Notes: a model not told the origin generated them from the letters alone. A DNA stretch of 64,000 nt from Candidatus Levyibacteriota bacterium (GCA_029260905.1 JAJDCH010000014.1:24129-88128); one strand, 5' to 3'. Counted from the stretch's first letter, positions 44,913-55,817 are shown. Numbers and translations are program-made.

Positions 44913-45965
44913 ATGAAAACGCACAATTTAAGGATTAAATACATCCGTCCACTCATTCCTCCTACAATTCTCGTAGAAGAGCTTCCTCTATCAGAAAAAG
45001 GGTCAATTCTTATTTCTAATTCGAGAAAAACCTTAACCAATATTTTGGATAAAAAAGATGACCGATTGATTGCAGTTGTTGGCCCGTGTTCAATCCATGA
45101 TCCTATTGCTGCAATTGATTATGCAAAAAGACTAAAAAAGCTTTCCATAGAATTAGAAAAAGAACTTTTTATAGTGATGAGGGTCTATTTTGAGAAGCCT
45201 AGAACGACTATTGGCTGGAAAGGGCTTATCAATGATCCAGATCTTGACAATAATTTTGATATAAATAAAGGACTTCATGTTGCCAGAAAGTTGCTTCTGG
45301 ACATAACTGAAATAGGTCTGCCAGCAGGTTGTGAATTTCTTGATCCTATTACCCCTCAATTCATCGCTGATGTTGTTTCATGGGGTGCAATTGGTGCAAG
45401 AACAGCTGAGAGTCAAGTTCACCGTAATTTAACATCAGGTCTTTCTATGCCTGTAGGTATAAAAAACGGGACAGGTGGAAACGTAAACATGGCAATTGAT
45501 GCCATGCTTGCTGCGAAACACCCACATATTTTTTTAAGCGTAACAGAGCAAGGAATTGCAGCAATTGTCAAAACTCAGGGAAATAAGGATACTCATATAA
45601 TTCTTCGAGGAAGCGATAAAGGACCAAATTATGATAAAGAACATATAGAAAAAACAACTAAATTATTAGAAAAAACAAAGCTTCCAATACGCATTATGGT
45701 TGATACTAGTCATGGAAATAGCGGCAAGGATTACAAAAAACAACCAGATGCAGTTCATGCAGTTTCTAAGCAGATCGCTGCTGGAAATACAGATATTATT
45801 GGGGTATTGACAGAAAGTTTTATTGAAAATGGAAATCAAAGCGTTGGAACCAAAGAAGCAAGGATATATGGAAAAAGTGTAACTGATGCTTGCATGGGGT
45901 GGGAAATGACTGTTCCCTTGTTGCGTGAGTTTGCAAAAGCGGTTAAATCAAGAAGAACTAAGTAA
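44913..45965 (+). CDS. aroG: 3-deoxy-7-phosphoheptulonate (DAHP) synthase, class I alpha (AroG/F/H type)
   Basis: The motif LIAVVGPCSIHD, the KPRT motif (FEKPRTTIGWKG) and the 350-aa length from the ATG at 44913 support the call. Confidence 0.85.
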   Translation: MKTHNLRIKYIRPLIPPTILVEELPLSEKGSILISNSRKTLTNILDKKDDRLIAVVGPCSIHDPIAAIDYAKRLKKLSIELEKELFIVMRVYFEKPRTTIGWKGLINDPDLDNNFDINKGLHVARKLLLDITEIGLPAGCEFLDPITPQFIADVVSWGAIGARTAESQVHRNLTSGLSMPVGIKNGTGGNVNMAIDAMLAAKHPHIFLSVTEQGIAAIVKTQGNKDTHIILRGSDKGPNYDKEHIEKTTKLLEKTKLPIRIMVDTSHGNSGKDYKKQPDAVHAVSKQIAAGNTDIIGVLTESFIENGNQSVGTKEARIYGKSVTDACMGWEMTVPLLREFAKAVKSRRTK

Positions 45966-45977
45966 AACCAAATAAAC

Positions 45978-46907
45978 TTAGCTGATAGAAATTTTTGTGT
46001 TCCAGTGAGAGTAATCAGAACTTTTTCCTCTTACAATTTCAAAATAAATCTTTTGCAATTTCTTAGTGATTTCACCTATTTTACCGCTGCCGATTGTTCT
46101 TTTATCAATTTTTTCAACCCAAGCTATTTGACATCCAGTTCCTGACAAAAAAACTTCATCAGCTATATATAGTTCGCTTTTCTCTACGGGTCTTTCAAGA
46201 GTTTTTATACCAAGGTTTTCGCATATTTTAAGAATTGATCTTCTGGTAATGCCTTCAAGTACGCCCTCAGAAAGACTTGGTGTAATTAATGTTTTATTTC
46301 TAATAATAAATAAATTTTCAGCTGATCCTTCTGCAACACGACCGTATCTGTTAAGCATAATTGCTTCGTCAAATCCCCCATCTGTTGCCTCTTTTCTGGC
46401 AAGTGCTGAATTAACATAGCTTCCAGATATTTTGCCACGAGATGGAATAGCATTATCGCTAATTCTCTCCCAAGATGAGACAACAAGACTAAGTCCTTTG
46501 TCAACTGGTAAATAGTCGCCGAGTGGAATCATGTAGAGTGCAAAATCAAGCGTAGTATTGGCAAGATTTGGTCCAAGCTCTGTATGCCCAACATATGCAA
46601 ATGGCCTTAGGTAAAAATTTGTATTTGGTTTATTCTTTTTAATCAAATCCGTTGTTATTTTTTTCAATTCTCCATGGGAGTATGGAAATTTACAGCCTAA
46701 AATGTTTGCTGAAGAAAGAAAACGGTTGTAGTGATCATCAAACCTGAAAATAAATGCTGCATTTTGATCTTTGTCAAAATAGCCTCGTATCCCGCCAAAA
46801 AAGGCTGTACCATATTGCAATGCATTAGTCATGATTGAAACTTTTGCATCAACAACTGGAATAGTTTTTCCCTGAAAAAAAGAATATTGATAAAATTTTG
46901 TTTTCAT
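45978..46907 (-). CDS. ilvE: Branched-chain amino acid aminotransferase (class IV)
   Basis: It matches the class IV PLP fold, is 309 aa, and sits last in the ilv operon. Confidence 0.85.
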   Translation of the reverse strand: MKTKFYQYSFFQGKTIPVVDAKVSIMTNALQYGTAFFGGIRGYFDKDQNAAFIFRFDDHYNRFLSSANILGCKFPYSHGELKKITTDLIKKNKPNTNFYLRPFAYVGHTELGPNLANTTLDFALYMIPLGDYLPVDKGLSLVVSSWERISDNAIPSRGKISGSYVNSALARKEATDGGFDEAIMLNRYGRVAEGSAENLFIIRNKTLITPSLSEGVLEGITRRSILKICENLGIKTLERPVEKSELYIADEVFLSGTGCQIAWVEKIDKRTIGSGKIGEITKKLQKIYFEIVRGKSSDYSHWNTKISIS

Positions 46908-46920
46908 AAATTAAAGTTTA

Positions 46921-48708
46921 TCATGCCCAACCTGCACCATCAACTGCTGGTTTTGCAAATTTCCTCATTCTTAAAAGTATTCTGTTTGAAACTTTTTTTA
47001 CATTTGGATGAACTCCTTTATTTTTTTTAACTTCTTTTTTCCATGTGTTTAGTCTTTTTTCAAAAATTTGCTTATCAAATAATTGAGTGCAGTTTATGCT
47101 GTTTTTGTTGGTGTCAACAACTATATCATCTCCATCCTTAATTAAAGCAATCGGGCCTCCAAGATAAGCCTCAGGCCCAACATGTCCAATTACCAATCCA
47201 ACTGAGCCTCCAGAAAATCTAGCATCAGTCATAAGCGCAATTGTAATATTTTTTTTTCTGCAAAGAGATGTAATTCTCGAAGTCGGCTCAAGCAATTCGG
47301 GCATACCTGGGGCTCCTTGAGGTCCGGCGTATCGAATAACAACCATATCTTTGTCTAGAAATATCTCAGGTGTTTTTGATAGTGCATCTAAAAGTTCTTT
47401 TTCGCTATCAAAAACACGAGCCTTACCCTTAAATATACCATTTTCAAGTCCTTTTTCTACTCCAGCAACCTTTATAATTGCCCCACCCTTTGGTGCAAGA
47501 GATCCAGAAAGAAATTTAAGTCCACCTTTTGTTTTAAATGGTTTTTTGACTGAATAAATTACATCTCCATCAGGTTTTGGCGGATTAATACGTCTTACTT
47601 GTTCCATAAGTGTTTCACCAGTACAAGTTGTACAGTCTCCATCAAGAAAACCATTTTCCAGCAATTCTTTAACAATAACAGGGAGTCCTCCCTTTTTTTC
47701 TATGTCAACCATTGAATATTTTCCAAAAGGCCTTGCATTTATAAGAACTGGAAGTTTTTCTGAAAGTGAATTAAATTCTTCCTGTGTTATTACATCCCTC
47801 CAAAGATCAATTCCAGCAGCTCTTGCTATTTCAACGCTATGAAGCGCGACATTTGTTGATCCACCCATGGCAATTACTACAGTTAATGCGTTTTTCAGTG
47901 ATTTTGAAGTAACTATATCACGTGGTTTAATATCTTTTTTTACCATTGTGATAAGTGCTTTTATCAGTTCTTGCGGAAATTCACTTACTCTTCGGGGATC
48001 ATCTGATGTAGGCGTAACCATGTTTAGGGGCTCCATACCAGCAACTGCGATAAATGTCTGCATAGTGTTGTAAGTAAACATGCCACCGCAACTTCCCTGA
48101 CCACAACATGCATTCATGGCTATTTTGTTTCTTTTCTGTGCATCTTTTTCTCCTGCAGCTTGAAAAGCAGTAACAATATCAATCCTCTCTCCAGTTTCTT
48201 GATCAATTCCAGGTTTTATTGAACCATCAGAAAAAATAACTGCAGGTTCATTGTGTTCAAGAATGGCAGCAAGAGTTCCAACAGGTGGCTTGTCACAGGC
48301 AACAACTGAAATAAGACCTCTGAGCTTATTTGCGTTCAAATGAAGACTAATAGAATCATTCGTTATTTCTCGTCCAATTAGGGAATATCTCATTCTTTCA
48401 GTTCCATTCAACTGACCATCAGAAACGCCTATTGTAAATGCTGGTGCGATAAGTCGAATGTTCAAATTTTCATTATTTATCTTTGCACCAAGAAGTTTTT
48501 GGATAGTCTGAACCTTTTCAGTAACGCCCAGATAGCACTGACTATCCCCTAGGCTTCCAGTTACAGCAAAAACTGGGTCATGAACTTTTGTTGGATCCTG
48601 ACCCAGAAATTTTGCAGTACCAATCTGCTGGACATCACGTCCAGGATTATCAGATACAAAGTTTGAAGATTTTTTGTCTCCACAATTACAATCAATGCAC
48701 TTGTTCAT
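46921..48708 (-). CDS. ilvD: Dihydroxy-acid dehydratase
   Basis: It has the CDKPPVG motif (VVACDKPPVGTLAA) and Fe-S cluster cysteines. It is 595 aa. Confidence 0.95.
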   Translation of the reverse strand: MNKCIDCNCGDKKSSNFVSDNPGRDVQQIGTAKFLGQDPTKVHDPVFAVTGSLGDSQCYLGVTEKVQTIQKLLGAKINNENLNIRLIAPAFTIGVSDGQLNGTERMRYSLIGREITNDSISLHLNANKLRGLISVVACDKPPVGTLAAILEHNEPAVIFSDGSIKPGIDQETGERIDIVTAFQAAGEKDAQKRNKIAMNACCGQGSCGGMFTYNTMQTFIAVAGMEPLNMVTPTSDDPRRVSEFPQELIKALITMVKKDIKPRDIVTSKSLKNALTVVIAMGGSTNVALHSVEIARAAGIDLWRDVITQEEFNSLSEKLPVLINARPFGKYSMVDIEKKGGLPVIVKELLENGFLDGDCTTCTGETLMEQVRRINPPKPDGDVIYSVKKPFKTKGGLKFLSGSLAPKGGAIIKVAGVEKGLENGIFKGKARVFDSEKELLDALSKTPEIFLDKDMVVIRYAGPQGAPGMPELLEPTSRITSLCRKKNITIALMTDARFSGGSVGLVIGHVGPEAYLGGPIALIKDGDDIVVDTNKNSINCTQLFDKQIFEKRLNTWKKEVKKNKGVHPNVKKVSNRILLRMRKFAKPAVDGAGWA

Positions 48709-48729
48709 AAAATCAGTGATTTATATTTA

Positions 48730-49788
48730 CTATTCCCCCTTTTTTTGGTATTCAGGTCTTAGTTTTCTAACTTCAATTCCTGTTTGCCACATTTCACTAT
48801 TATGAATTTGATCAAGCTCGACTTGTAATTTTTCACGATAATCTGACTGACTGTTCTTTTTTATAGTTCGTTCGGCTTCTTTTCCTGTTTTGACACTCTT
48901 ATAAAGGTCTTTAAATACAGGTAAGCTTGCATCTCTAAATTTATTTTTCCAATCAAGCGCGCCTCTTTGCGCTGTTGTTGAGCAATTAGCAAACATCCAA
49001 TCCATGCCATTTTCTCCAATTAATGGGATGAGGCTTTGCGTTGCCTCTTCTACAGTTTCGTTAAACGCCTCCGATGGTGTGTGACCATTTTTACGAAGCA
49101 CGCTGTATTGCGCCTCCATTATTCCAGCAATTGCACCCATCAAAACTCCTCTTTCTCCTGTCAAATCACTATAAACTTCTTTTTTAAATGTGGTAGGAAA
49201 AAGAAAGCCTGATCCTATACCAATTCCAATTGCTTTTGCGGTTTCTTCTGCTTTTTTGCTTGGATTTTGATAAACAGCAAAGCTTGAGTTTATGCCTCGA
49301 CCTTCAAGAAAAATTTTCCTTACAGTTTTACCTGAGCCCTTGGGCGCAACCAAAATGACATCTACGTCTTTTGGTGGAACAATTCCAGTTTGCAATGAAA
49401 ATGTAACTCCAAATCCGTGAGAAAAATATAAAGTTTTACCTTTTTTCAAATATTTTTTAACAGTTGGCCAAATTTTTATTTGCGCAGCATCTGAAAGAAG
49501 ATAACAAATAATATCACCTTTTTCACATGCCTTATCAATTTCAAAAAGAGTTTTGCCTTCAACCCATTTGTCCAAAATTGCCTTTTTCCACGACTTTGAT
49601 TTTTTTCTCTGACCTACTATTACATTAAACCCATTATCACGAAGATTTAGAGCTTGTGCAGGACCTTGAACACCATATCCAATAACTGCGATTGTTTTAT
49701 TTTTTAATACTTTTTTTGATTTTTTGAGTGTAAATTCAGAGCGTGTAACCACTTCTTCTCTTACTCCTCCAAAATTTATTTTTGCCAT
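48730..49788 (-). CDS. ilvC: Ketol-acid reductoisomerase
   Basis: The Rossmann motif IGYGVQGPAQALNLRDNG matches the KARI signature GYGSQGHA. Confidence 0.95.
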   Translation of the reverse strand: MAKINFGGVREEVVTRSEFTLKKSKKVLKNKTIAVIGYGVQGPAQALNLRDNGFNVIVGQRKKSKSWKKAILDKWVEGKTLFEIDKACEKGDIICYLLSDAAQIKIWPTVKKYLKKGKTLYFSHGFGVTFSLQTGIVPPKDVDVILVAPKGSGKTVRKIFLEGRGINSSFAVYQNPSKKAEETAKAIGIGIGSGFLFPTTFKKEVYSDLTGERGVLMGAIAGIMEAQYSVLRKNGHTPSEAFNETVEEATQSLIPLIGENGMDWMFANCSTTAQRGALDWKNKFRDASLPVFKDLYKSVKTGKEAERTIKKNSQSDYREKLQVELDQIHNSEMWQTGIEVRKLRPEYQKKGE

Positions 49789-49816
49789 ATGTTTATATTA
49801 TCACCTCCTATCACCC

Positions 49817-50284
49817 TTAATTCATCAAAGCTATTCTACCAGATCTGACATATTCCAATATACCAAATGTTCTTAGTTTTTCCGATAATTTATTAATTGC
49901 TTCTTCTGTACCAGATAATTCAACAATGAAACTATTTTTTTTCTTAGATATAATCTTAGCCTTTTGATCTTTTATAATTTTTTCAATTTTTTCAGGTGTT
50001 TTTTTTGCATTTACTTTTATCAGAGCTATTTCTCGATAGACAATCTTATCATTGGTGGTGTTTATGACATCTATAACTTCAATTATTTTATTTAGTTGAT
50101 TAATTCCTTTTTGAAGAGTTTTAATATTTGCATCAATTACAACTGTAAATCGCGACATATTTTTTTCTTCAATTTTTGAAACAGTAAGACTTTCAATGTT
50201 TATTTTTCTTTTTAGAAAAACATCTGCAATTCTGTACAAAATTCCATGTTTATTTTCTGTAAATACAATAACAGTATTAAGCAT
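49817..50284 (-). CDS. ilvN: Acetolactate synthase small (regulatory) subunit, ACT domain
   Basis: The N-terminal ACT domain begins MLNTVIVFTENKHGILYRIADVF. It is 155 aa. Confidence 0.85.
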   Translation of the reverse strand: MLNTVIVFTENKHGILYRIADVFLKRKINIESLTVSKIEEKNMSRFTVVIDANIKTLQKGINQLNKIIEVIDVINTTNDKIVYREIALIKVNAKKTPEKIEKIIKDQKAKIISKKKNSFIVELSGTEEAINKLSEKLRTFGILEYVRSGRIALMN

Positions 50285-50287
50285 AAT

Positions 50288-51973
50288 TTACTCCAATCTT
50301 ATTTCATCAACAGCTGCACCACTTGGAATCATGGGAAAGATATTTTCTTCTTTTCTTACCTTTACTTCCAGCACATAAGGTTTTTTAGAATCAAGCATTT
50401 TATCAAGTTCTTTGCTTAATTTTTCTCTTTTTTCAACCCTCTCACCATCAACAAAAAATCCTTTACAAACTTTAATAAAGTCAGGGTTTTTAAGATCAAC
50501 AAATGAATATCTATTGTCAAAAAACAGCTCTTGCCACTGTCTTACCATCCCTAAAAAATTATTATTAAGAATAATTACTTTAACTGGAATTTGTTCTTGG
50601 GCAAGAGTGGCCAATTCCTGAATGTTCATCTGAAAACCTCCATCCCCAATTACTGCAACAACTTCTCTTTCAGGTTTTGCAAATTTTGCCCCAATTGCTG
50701 CAGGAAGCGCAAAACCCATGGTGCCAAGACCACCTGATGTAATAAAGCTATCTGTTTTTTGCGCTTTATAATATCTGGCTGCTACCATTTGGTGCTGCCC
50801 AACATCTGCAACAATTACAGCCTCTCCCTTTGTTTTTAGCGATAGCATGTGAATTACCTCAGCCATTGTAATCTTACCTGATTTGGGATGTGTTTCATGA
50901 GTAATGATTTTCTGATGTTCTTTTTTATAACAATCATTAAATTTCTTAACCCATGCAGTATGATTATTTTTCTTGACCATTGGATAAAGACCAGTTAACG
51001 CCTTTTTAGCATCAGCAACAATTGCTATATCTGCATTTACATTCTTGGAAAGCTCAGCAGGATCTATGTCAACATGAATAATCTTTGCATTTTTTGCATA
51101 ATCAGATACTCTTCCAGTCACTCTGTCATCAAATCTCATCCCCACTGCTAGTATTGCATCAGCTTCATTTGTGAGAAGATTTGGGCCATAATTTCCATGC
51201 ATTCCAAGCATCCCCATATACAATGGATGATTTGATGAAAGAGCAGAAAGGCCGTGAAGTGTTGAAGCAGTTGGTATTCCTGTTTTTTCAATAAACTTAA
51301 CAAGTGCTTCTTCAGCTTTTGAAATAAGTATTCCATGACCAATCAGCATAAGTGGTTTTTTTGCTGAATTTAAAATATTTGAGGCCTCTTTTAGCTTGTT
51401 TGGTTCAGGCTCAGGTATAGATTTATATCCAATTATTTTGGGATTTTGTTTATAGAAATAGTTAAATGACTCAATTTGTGCATTTTTTGTAATATCAATA
51501 AGAACCGGTCCGGGACGATTGGTTGATGCGATATGAAAGGCTTTTGCAAAAACCTCAGGTATTTCCTCAGCTTTTGTTATCTGGTAATTCCATTTAGTAA
51601 TAGGTGCAGTTATGCCTATTACATCTGCTTCCTGAAATGCGTCCGATCCTATTAGATGTGCCGCAACTTGTCCGCTTATGCAAACAATTGGTACAGAATC
51701 AAGCATTGCATCAGTTATTGCAGTGACCAAATTTGTTGCTCCTGGCCCAGATGTAACTAGCGCAACTCCTGGTCTACCAGTAAGTCTTGCGTAGCCTTCT
51801 GCTGCGTGCCCAGCACCTTGTTCGTGACGGACAAGCACATGATGGATCTTGTTTCTGTAGTCATATAAAGCATCATAAACAGGCATGATAGCGCCTCCGG
51901 GATAGCCAAAAATTGTATCAACCCCTTCGTTGACCAGTGATTCCATTACTGCTTTTGAACCATTTATTTTCAT
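50288..51973 (-). CDS. ilvB: Acetolactate synthase large subunit (ThDP-dependent)
   Basis: It has a TPP-binding GDG motif (IGDGGFQMNIQEL) and an N-terminal Pyr domain. It is 561 aa. Confidence 0.95.
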   Translation of the reverse strand: MKINGSKAVMESLVNEGVDTIFGYPGGAIMPVYDALYDYRNKIHHVLVRHEQGAGHAAEGYARLTGRPGVALVTSGPGATNLVTAITDAMLDSVPIVCISGQVAAHLIGSDAFQEADVIGITAPITKWNYQITKAEEIPEVFAKAFHIASTNRPGPVLIDITKNAQIESFNYFYKQNPKIIGYKSIPEPEPNKLKEASNILNSAKKPLMLIGHGILISKAEEALVKFIEKTGIPTASTLHGLSALSSNHPLYMGMLGMHGNYGPNLLTNEADAILAVGMRFDDRVTGRVSDYAKNAKIIHVDIDPAELSKNVNADIAIVADAKKALTGLYPMVKKNNHTAWVKKFNDCYKKEHQKIITHETHPKSGKITMAEVIHMLSLKTKGEAVIVADVGQHQMVAARYYKAQKTDSFITSGGLGTMGFALPAAIGAKFAKPEREVVAVIGDGGFQMNIQELATLAQEQIPVKVIILNNNFLGMVRQWQELFFDNRYSFVDLKNPDFIKVCKGFFVDGERVEKREKLSKELDKMLDSKKPYVLEVKVRKEENIFPMIPSGAAVDEIRLE

Positions 51974-51985
51974 AAAGCCTTTATA

Positions 51986-52009
51986 ATCAAAAACCCGCCT
52001 TCCGCGGGT
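51986..52009 (-). terminator. Attenuator terminator of the ilv leader (also palindromic on the plus strand)
   Basis: The minus strand reads CCCGC-GGAA-GCGGG followed by TTTTT. It lies 15 nt upstream of the ilvB ATG. Confidence 0.55.
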
Positions 52010-52035
52010 GTTTTTGTCATGTTGGACAACACCCG

Positions 52036-52080
52036 ATTAGGGGGTAACTTCAACAACAATGACAAGACCTGTTCTATACA
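52036..52080 (-). CDS. Candidate ilv leader peptide MYRTGLVIVVEVTP (14 aa; 6 of 14 residues are Val/Ile/Leu)
   Basis: The ORF was read directly from the sequence. Its stop codon is followed at once by GGGTGTT, which can pair with AACACCC overlapping the 5' arm of the terminator. An extended -10 (TGcTACTAT, minus 52106-52098) lies upstream. Confidence 0.5.
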
Positions 52081-52144
52081 TAATTTATTATTAAGGGTAT
52101 AGTAGCACCAACATGATTTTTTTTCAATAGTTTTTATTTACTTG

Positions 52145-52172
52145 TTGACGGATATTTTTCATGTGATATACT
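52145..52172 (+). promoter_or_regulatory. Promoter TTGACG-16-TGaTATACT (extended -10) driving a leaderless leu leader peptide
   Basis: TTGACG lies at 52145-52150 and TATACT at 52167-52172, with a TG at 52164-52165. The ATG at 52180 is 7 nt after the -10 box. Confidence 0.5.
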
Positions 52173-52179
52173 CACAGTA

Positions 52180-52224
52180 ATGAATAGCAAAAACCTTCTT
52201 AATCTACTTCTTCTTACCGTTTAG
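52180..52224 (+). CDS. Candidate leu leader peptide MNSKNLLNLLLLTV (14 aa; 7 Leu, including four consecutive)
   Basis: The ORF was read directly. Its stop codon TAG is followed by GGCGGG, which is complementary to CCCGCC forming the 5' arm of the downstream terminator. Confidence 0.55.
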   Translation: MNSKNLLNLLLLTV

Positions 52225-52257
52225 GCGGGAAGTTCGTATGTTGAGAAACGAGCAGAA

Positions 52258-52279
52258 CCCGCCGAAAGGCGGTTTTTTT
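52258..52279 (+). terminator. Attenuator terminator of the leu leader: CCGCC-GAAA-GGCGG followed by TTTTTTT
   Basis: A GC hairpin plus a 7-U run lies 37 nt upstream of the leuA ATG. Confidence 0.6.
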
Positions 52280-52315
52280 GTGCAAGTAAATTGTGATGTA
52301 TAATTTATTTAGTTT

Positions 52316-53806
52316 ATGAAAAATAGAATTTTTATTTTTGATACAACATTAAGAGATGGCGAGCAGGTTCCAGGTTGTCAGTTAAATACAGTAGAAAAAA
52401 TAGAAGTTGCCAAAAATTTAGAAAATTTAGGTGTTGATATTATAGAAGCAGGTTTTCCTATTTCAAGCCCGGGGGATCTTAAATCAGTTCAAGAAATTAC
52501 AAAAGTTATTAAAAAACCAGTTATTGCTGCTTTATCAAGAGCAATTAAGGGAGATATAGATGCTGCAGTAGAATCTTTGAAATTTGCTAAGAGAAAGAGA
52601 ATCCATACATTTATAAGCAGTTCTGATATTCATATTATTCATCAATTTAAATCAACCAGGGAAAAAATAACTGAACAAGCAGTTGAAGCTATAAAATACG
52701 CTAAAAAATATGCAGAAGATGTGGAGTTCTCAGCTATGGATGCAGGAAGAACTGAAAACAAATTTTTAGCTTACTTTATAGCACAAGCTATAAAGGCTGG
52801 CGCAACAACAGTAAATATTCCTGACACAACCGGATATTGTCTTCCATCTGAGTTTGGCGCTAAAATTAAGTATCTATTTAATAATGTGCCTGGGATTGAA
52901 GATGTGATCGTTGCTGTTCATTGTCATAATGACTTGGGGATGGCGACAGCAAATAGTATTGCAGCTGTTCAAAATGGAGCAAGACAACTGGAAGTGACAG
53001 TAAATGGAGTTGGGGAAAGGGCTGGCAACACTGCTCTTGAAGAGGTAGTGATGGTCTTAAAAACCAGAGAGGATCTAAATACAGAGACAAATATAAATAC
53101 ACAAAGAATTTATCCGATCAGTAGACTTGTATCAGGTCTTATGAAAATGCCTGTTCAGGCCAATAAGGCTATTGTTGGAAGAAATGCATTTGCTCATTCA
53201 TCAGGAATCCACCAAAATGGAATCTTAAAAAATAGACTCACCTATGAAATTATCAGCCCTCAGGAAGTTGGAATCAAAGAATCATCTCTTGCTTTAACAG
53301 CAAGATCTGGAAGAGCAGCACTTGCTCATCATTTGAAAAGACTGGGCTTTAAGACAACACCACAAAAACTAGATCAGATTTATCAACAATTTCTTGTAGT
53401 TGCAGACAAGAAAAAAGAAATAAATGATAATGATTTAAGAATGCTGATGGGTCAATCTGCAAGTGAGACCGGTGCTAAAATAGTTTCAATTGAAGTTACA
53501 GGTGGTTTTCCAGCCAAGCCACATGCAACTGTAACTCTTTCTATTAAGAATAAAATAATAACACAAAAAGCAGATGGAAACGGGCCAGTAAATGCTGCTT
53601 TTTTAGCAATTGACAAAATAATAAAAAAGGAAAATAAACTTGAAGAATACCTGGTTCAGGCAGTAACAAGGGGAATAGATGACTTTGCCAAGGTGCATGT
53701 TCAAATTGATTACAAAGGAGTTGTCTACTATGGATTGGGAGTTGATACAGATGTAATTGTTGCATCAGTAAAAGCATATCTTGATGTACTTAATAAGTTA
53801 AAATGA
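52316..53806 (+). CDS. leuA: 2-isopropylmalate synthase
   Basis: The N-terminus [11 protein letters not shown] and the HxH motif ([13 protein letters not shown]) are present. It is 496 aa. Confidence 0.95.
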   Translation: MKNRIFIFDTTLRDGEQVPGCQLNTVEKIEVAKNLENLGVDIIEAGFPISSPGDLKSVQEITKVIKKPVIAALSRAIKGDIDAAVESLKFAKRKRIHTFISSSDIHIIHQFKSTREKITEQAVEAIKYAKKYAEDVEFSAMDAGRTENKFLAYFIAQAIKAGATTVNIPDTTGYCLPSEFGAKIKYLFNNVPGIEDVIVAVHCHNDLGMATANSIAAVQNGARQLEVTVNGVGERAGNTALEEVVMVLKTREDLNTETNINTQRIYPISRLVSGLMKMPVQANKAIVGRNAFAHSSGIHQNGILKNRLTYEIISPQEVGIKESSLALTARSGRAALAHHLKRLGFKTTPQKLDQIYQQFLVVADKKKEINDNDLRMLMGQSASETGAKIVSIEVTGGFPAKPHATVTLSIKNKIITQKADGNGPVNAAFLAIDKIIKKENKLEEYLVQAVTRGIDDFAKVHVQIDYKGVVYYGLGVDTDVIVASVKAYLDVLNKLK

Positions 53807-55227
53807 AATTCGATAAACCAAAAACACTTTTTGAAAAAATTTGGGATAGTCATGTTGTTTATCAAAAAGATGGCTATCCTGCTGTTTTATATATAGACAC
53901 CCATCTTATTCACGAAGTCACAAGCCCTCAGGCATTTGAAGGTCTTCGAAAAAGAGGCGTAAAGGTCTATGATACCAATAAAACTTGGGCAACAATGGAT
54001 CACAATGTCCCAACTAAGGATCAAGATAAGATAATTAAAGAACCAATGTCTAGAAAACAGGTTGAAATGCTTAGAACCAATTGTGAAGAGTTCAGTGTCA
54101 GACTTTTTGGACTTGGACATCCATTTCAAGGGATAGTTCATATTATCGGACCTGAGCTGGGAATTACCCAACCAGGTATGACCATTGTCTGCGGAGACAG
54201 CCATACTTCAACACACGGAGCGTTTGGGACAATTGCTTTTGGAATAGGAACAAGCGAGGTTGAGCAAGTTTTGGCAACTCAAACAATTCTTCAGTACAAA
54301 CCAAAAACAATGAACATAAGAATAGATGGCATGCTTGGTCAAGGTGTAAGCTCAAAAGATATTATTCTTTATATTATCTCAAAAATCTCAACATCTGGTG
54401 GAACAGGATACTTTGTTGAATACACAGGAACAGCAATTGAAAATCTTTCAATGGAAGCACGCATGACAATATGTAACATGAGTATAGAAATGGGCGCAAG
54501 AGGCGGTCTTATCGCCCCTGATCAGACAACATTTGATTACATAAAAAGGCGTAAATTTGCGCCAAAAGGCAAAGATTGGGATAAAAAGATTGAAAAATGG
54601 AAAAAACTTACAACAGATAAAAACGCTAAGTATGATAAAGAGCTCTTTTTTGACGCTGCTGAAATAGAACCCATGATTACATACGGTACAAATCCGGGAA
54701 TGGGGATGGGTATTACAGGTACAATTCCATCTGTTGATGATTATGAAACTCAATCACAAAAAGACAATTTTCTTAAAGCAATGGAATATATGGGATTAAC
54801 AGACAAGCAAGGGTCAAAATTGCTTGGAAAAAAAGTTGATTATGTGTTTTTGGGTTCTTGTACCAATTCAAGAATTGAGGATTTTAGAAAAATTGCCAAA
54901 ATAGTAAAAAACAAGAAGAAACCAGATTGGCTTCATGTTTTTGTAGTTCCAGGATCTGCACAAGTTGTTAAGCAAATTGAAAAAGAGGGGTTAGATAAAA
55001 TATTTACTGATGCGGGATTTGACATGAGAGGCGCTGGATGTTCTGCGTGTCTTGGAATGAATGAAGACAAAATACCAGCTGGTAAATACTGCGTTTCTAC
55101 ATCCAATCGAAATTTTCAGGGCAGGCAAGGGCCAGGTGCGAGAACTTTTCTTGCAAGCCCGATGACTGCAGCAGCTGCAGCAATTACAGGAAAAGTAAGT
55201 GATGTAAGAAAATTTTTAAAGTTATGA
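53803..55227 (+). CDS. leuC: 3-isopropylmalate dehydratase large subunit
   Basis: It has an aconitase-family fold with Fe-S cysteines (GSCTNSR, GCSACLG). It overlaps leuA by 4 bp. Confidence 0.95.
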   Translation: MKFDKPKTLFEKIWDSHVVYQKDGYPAVLYIDTHLIHEVTSPQAFEGLRKRGVKVYDTNKTWATMDHNVPTKDQDKIIKEPMSRKQVEMLRTNCEEFSVRLFGLGHPFQGIVHIIGPELGITQPGMTIVCGDSHTSTHGAFGTIAFGIGTSEVEQVLATQTILQYKPKTMNIRIDGMLGQGVSSKDIILYIISKISTSGGTGYFVEYTGTAIENLSMEARMTICNMSIEMGARGGLIAPDQTTFDYIKRRKFAPKGKDWDKKIEKWKKLTTDKNAKYDKELFFDAAEIEPMITYGTNPGMGMGITGTIPSVDDYETQSQKDNFLKAMEYMGLTDKQGSKLLGKKVDYVFLGSCTNSRIEDFRKIAKIVKNKKKPDWLHVFVVPGSAQVVKQIEKEGLDKIFTDAGFDMRGAGCSACLGMNEDKIPAGKYCVSTSNRNFQGRQGPGARTFLASPMTAAAAAITGKVSDVRKFLKL

Positions 55228-55817
55228 AAAAAAAGTTACTCAATAAAATTGTTTCAACTGCAGTTCCACTTGATATGGAAGATGTTGACACAGATCAGAT
55301 TATTCCTGCGCGATTTTTAAAAAGCATAGGAAGAGATGGGTTTGGTTTGAATGTATTTAGAGATTGGCGCTATGATCCTGAGGGCAATCCCAAACCTCAC
55401 TTCATTCTCAATCACCCGCAATACAAAGGAGAGATATTGATAGCAGGAAATAATTTTGGTTGTGGATCAAGCAGAGAACACGCTGCTTGGGCCTTATCTG
55501 ATTATGGATTTAAAGTCGTTGTTTCAAGCTTTTTTGCTGATATTTTTAAAAACAATGCTCTTAACAACACCCTACTTCCAGTACAAGTTAGCAATAAATT
55601 TCTAAGAAAATTATTTGCTGAAGTTAATAAAAATCATCAAACAATAATTGAAGTGGATATTGAAAAACAAACAATAAGTATTCCAAAAAAAAACCTGAGT
55701 GAATTTTTTGAAATAAATCCTTATAAAAAAATTTGCGTGATCAATGGATATGATGATGTAGATTATTTAATCAGTATGAAAGAAAAAATAGCTGATTTTG
55801 AAAAGAAATATGAATAA
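55224..55817 (+). CDS. leuD: 3-isopropylmalate dehydratase small subunit
   Basis: The aconitase swivel domain ([13 protein letters not shown]) is present. It overlaps leuC by 4 bp. Confidence 0.9.
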   Translation: MKKKLLNKIVSTAVPLDMEDVDTDQIIPARFLKSIGRDGFGLNVFRDWRYDPEGNPKPHFILNHPQYKGEILIAGNNFGCGSSREHAAWALSDYGFKVVVSSFFADIFKNNALNNTLLPVQVSNKFLRKLFAEVNKNHQTIIEVDIEKQTISIPKKNLSEFFEINPYKKICVINGYDDVDYLISMKEKIADFEKKYE

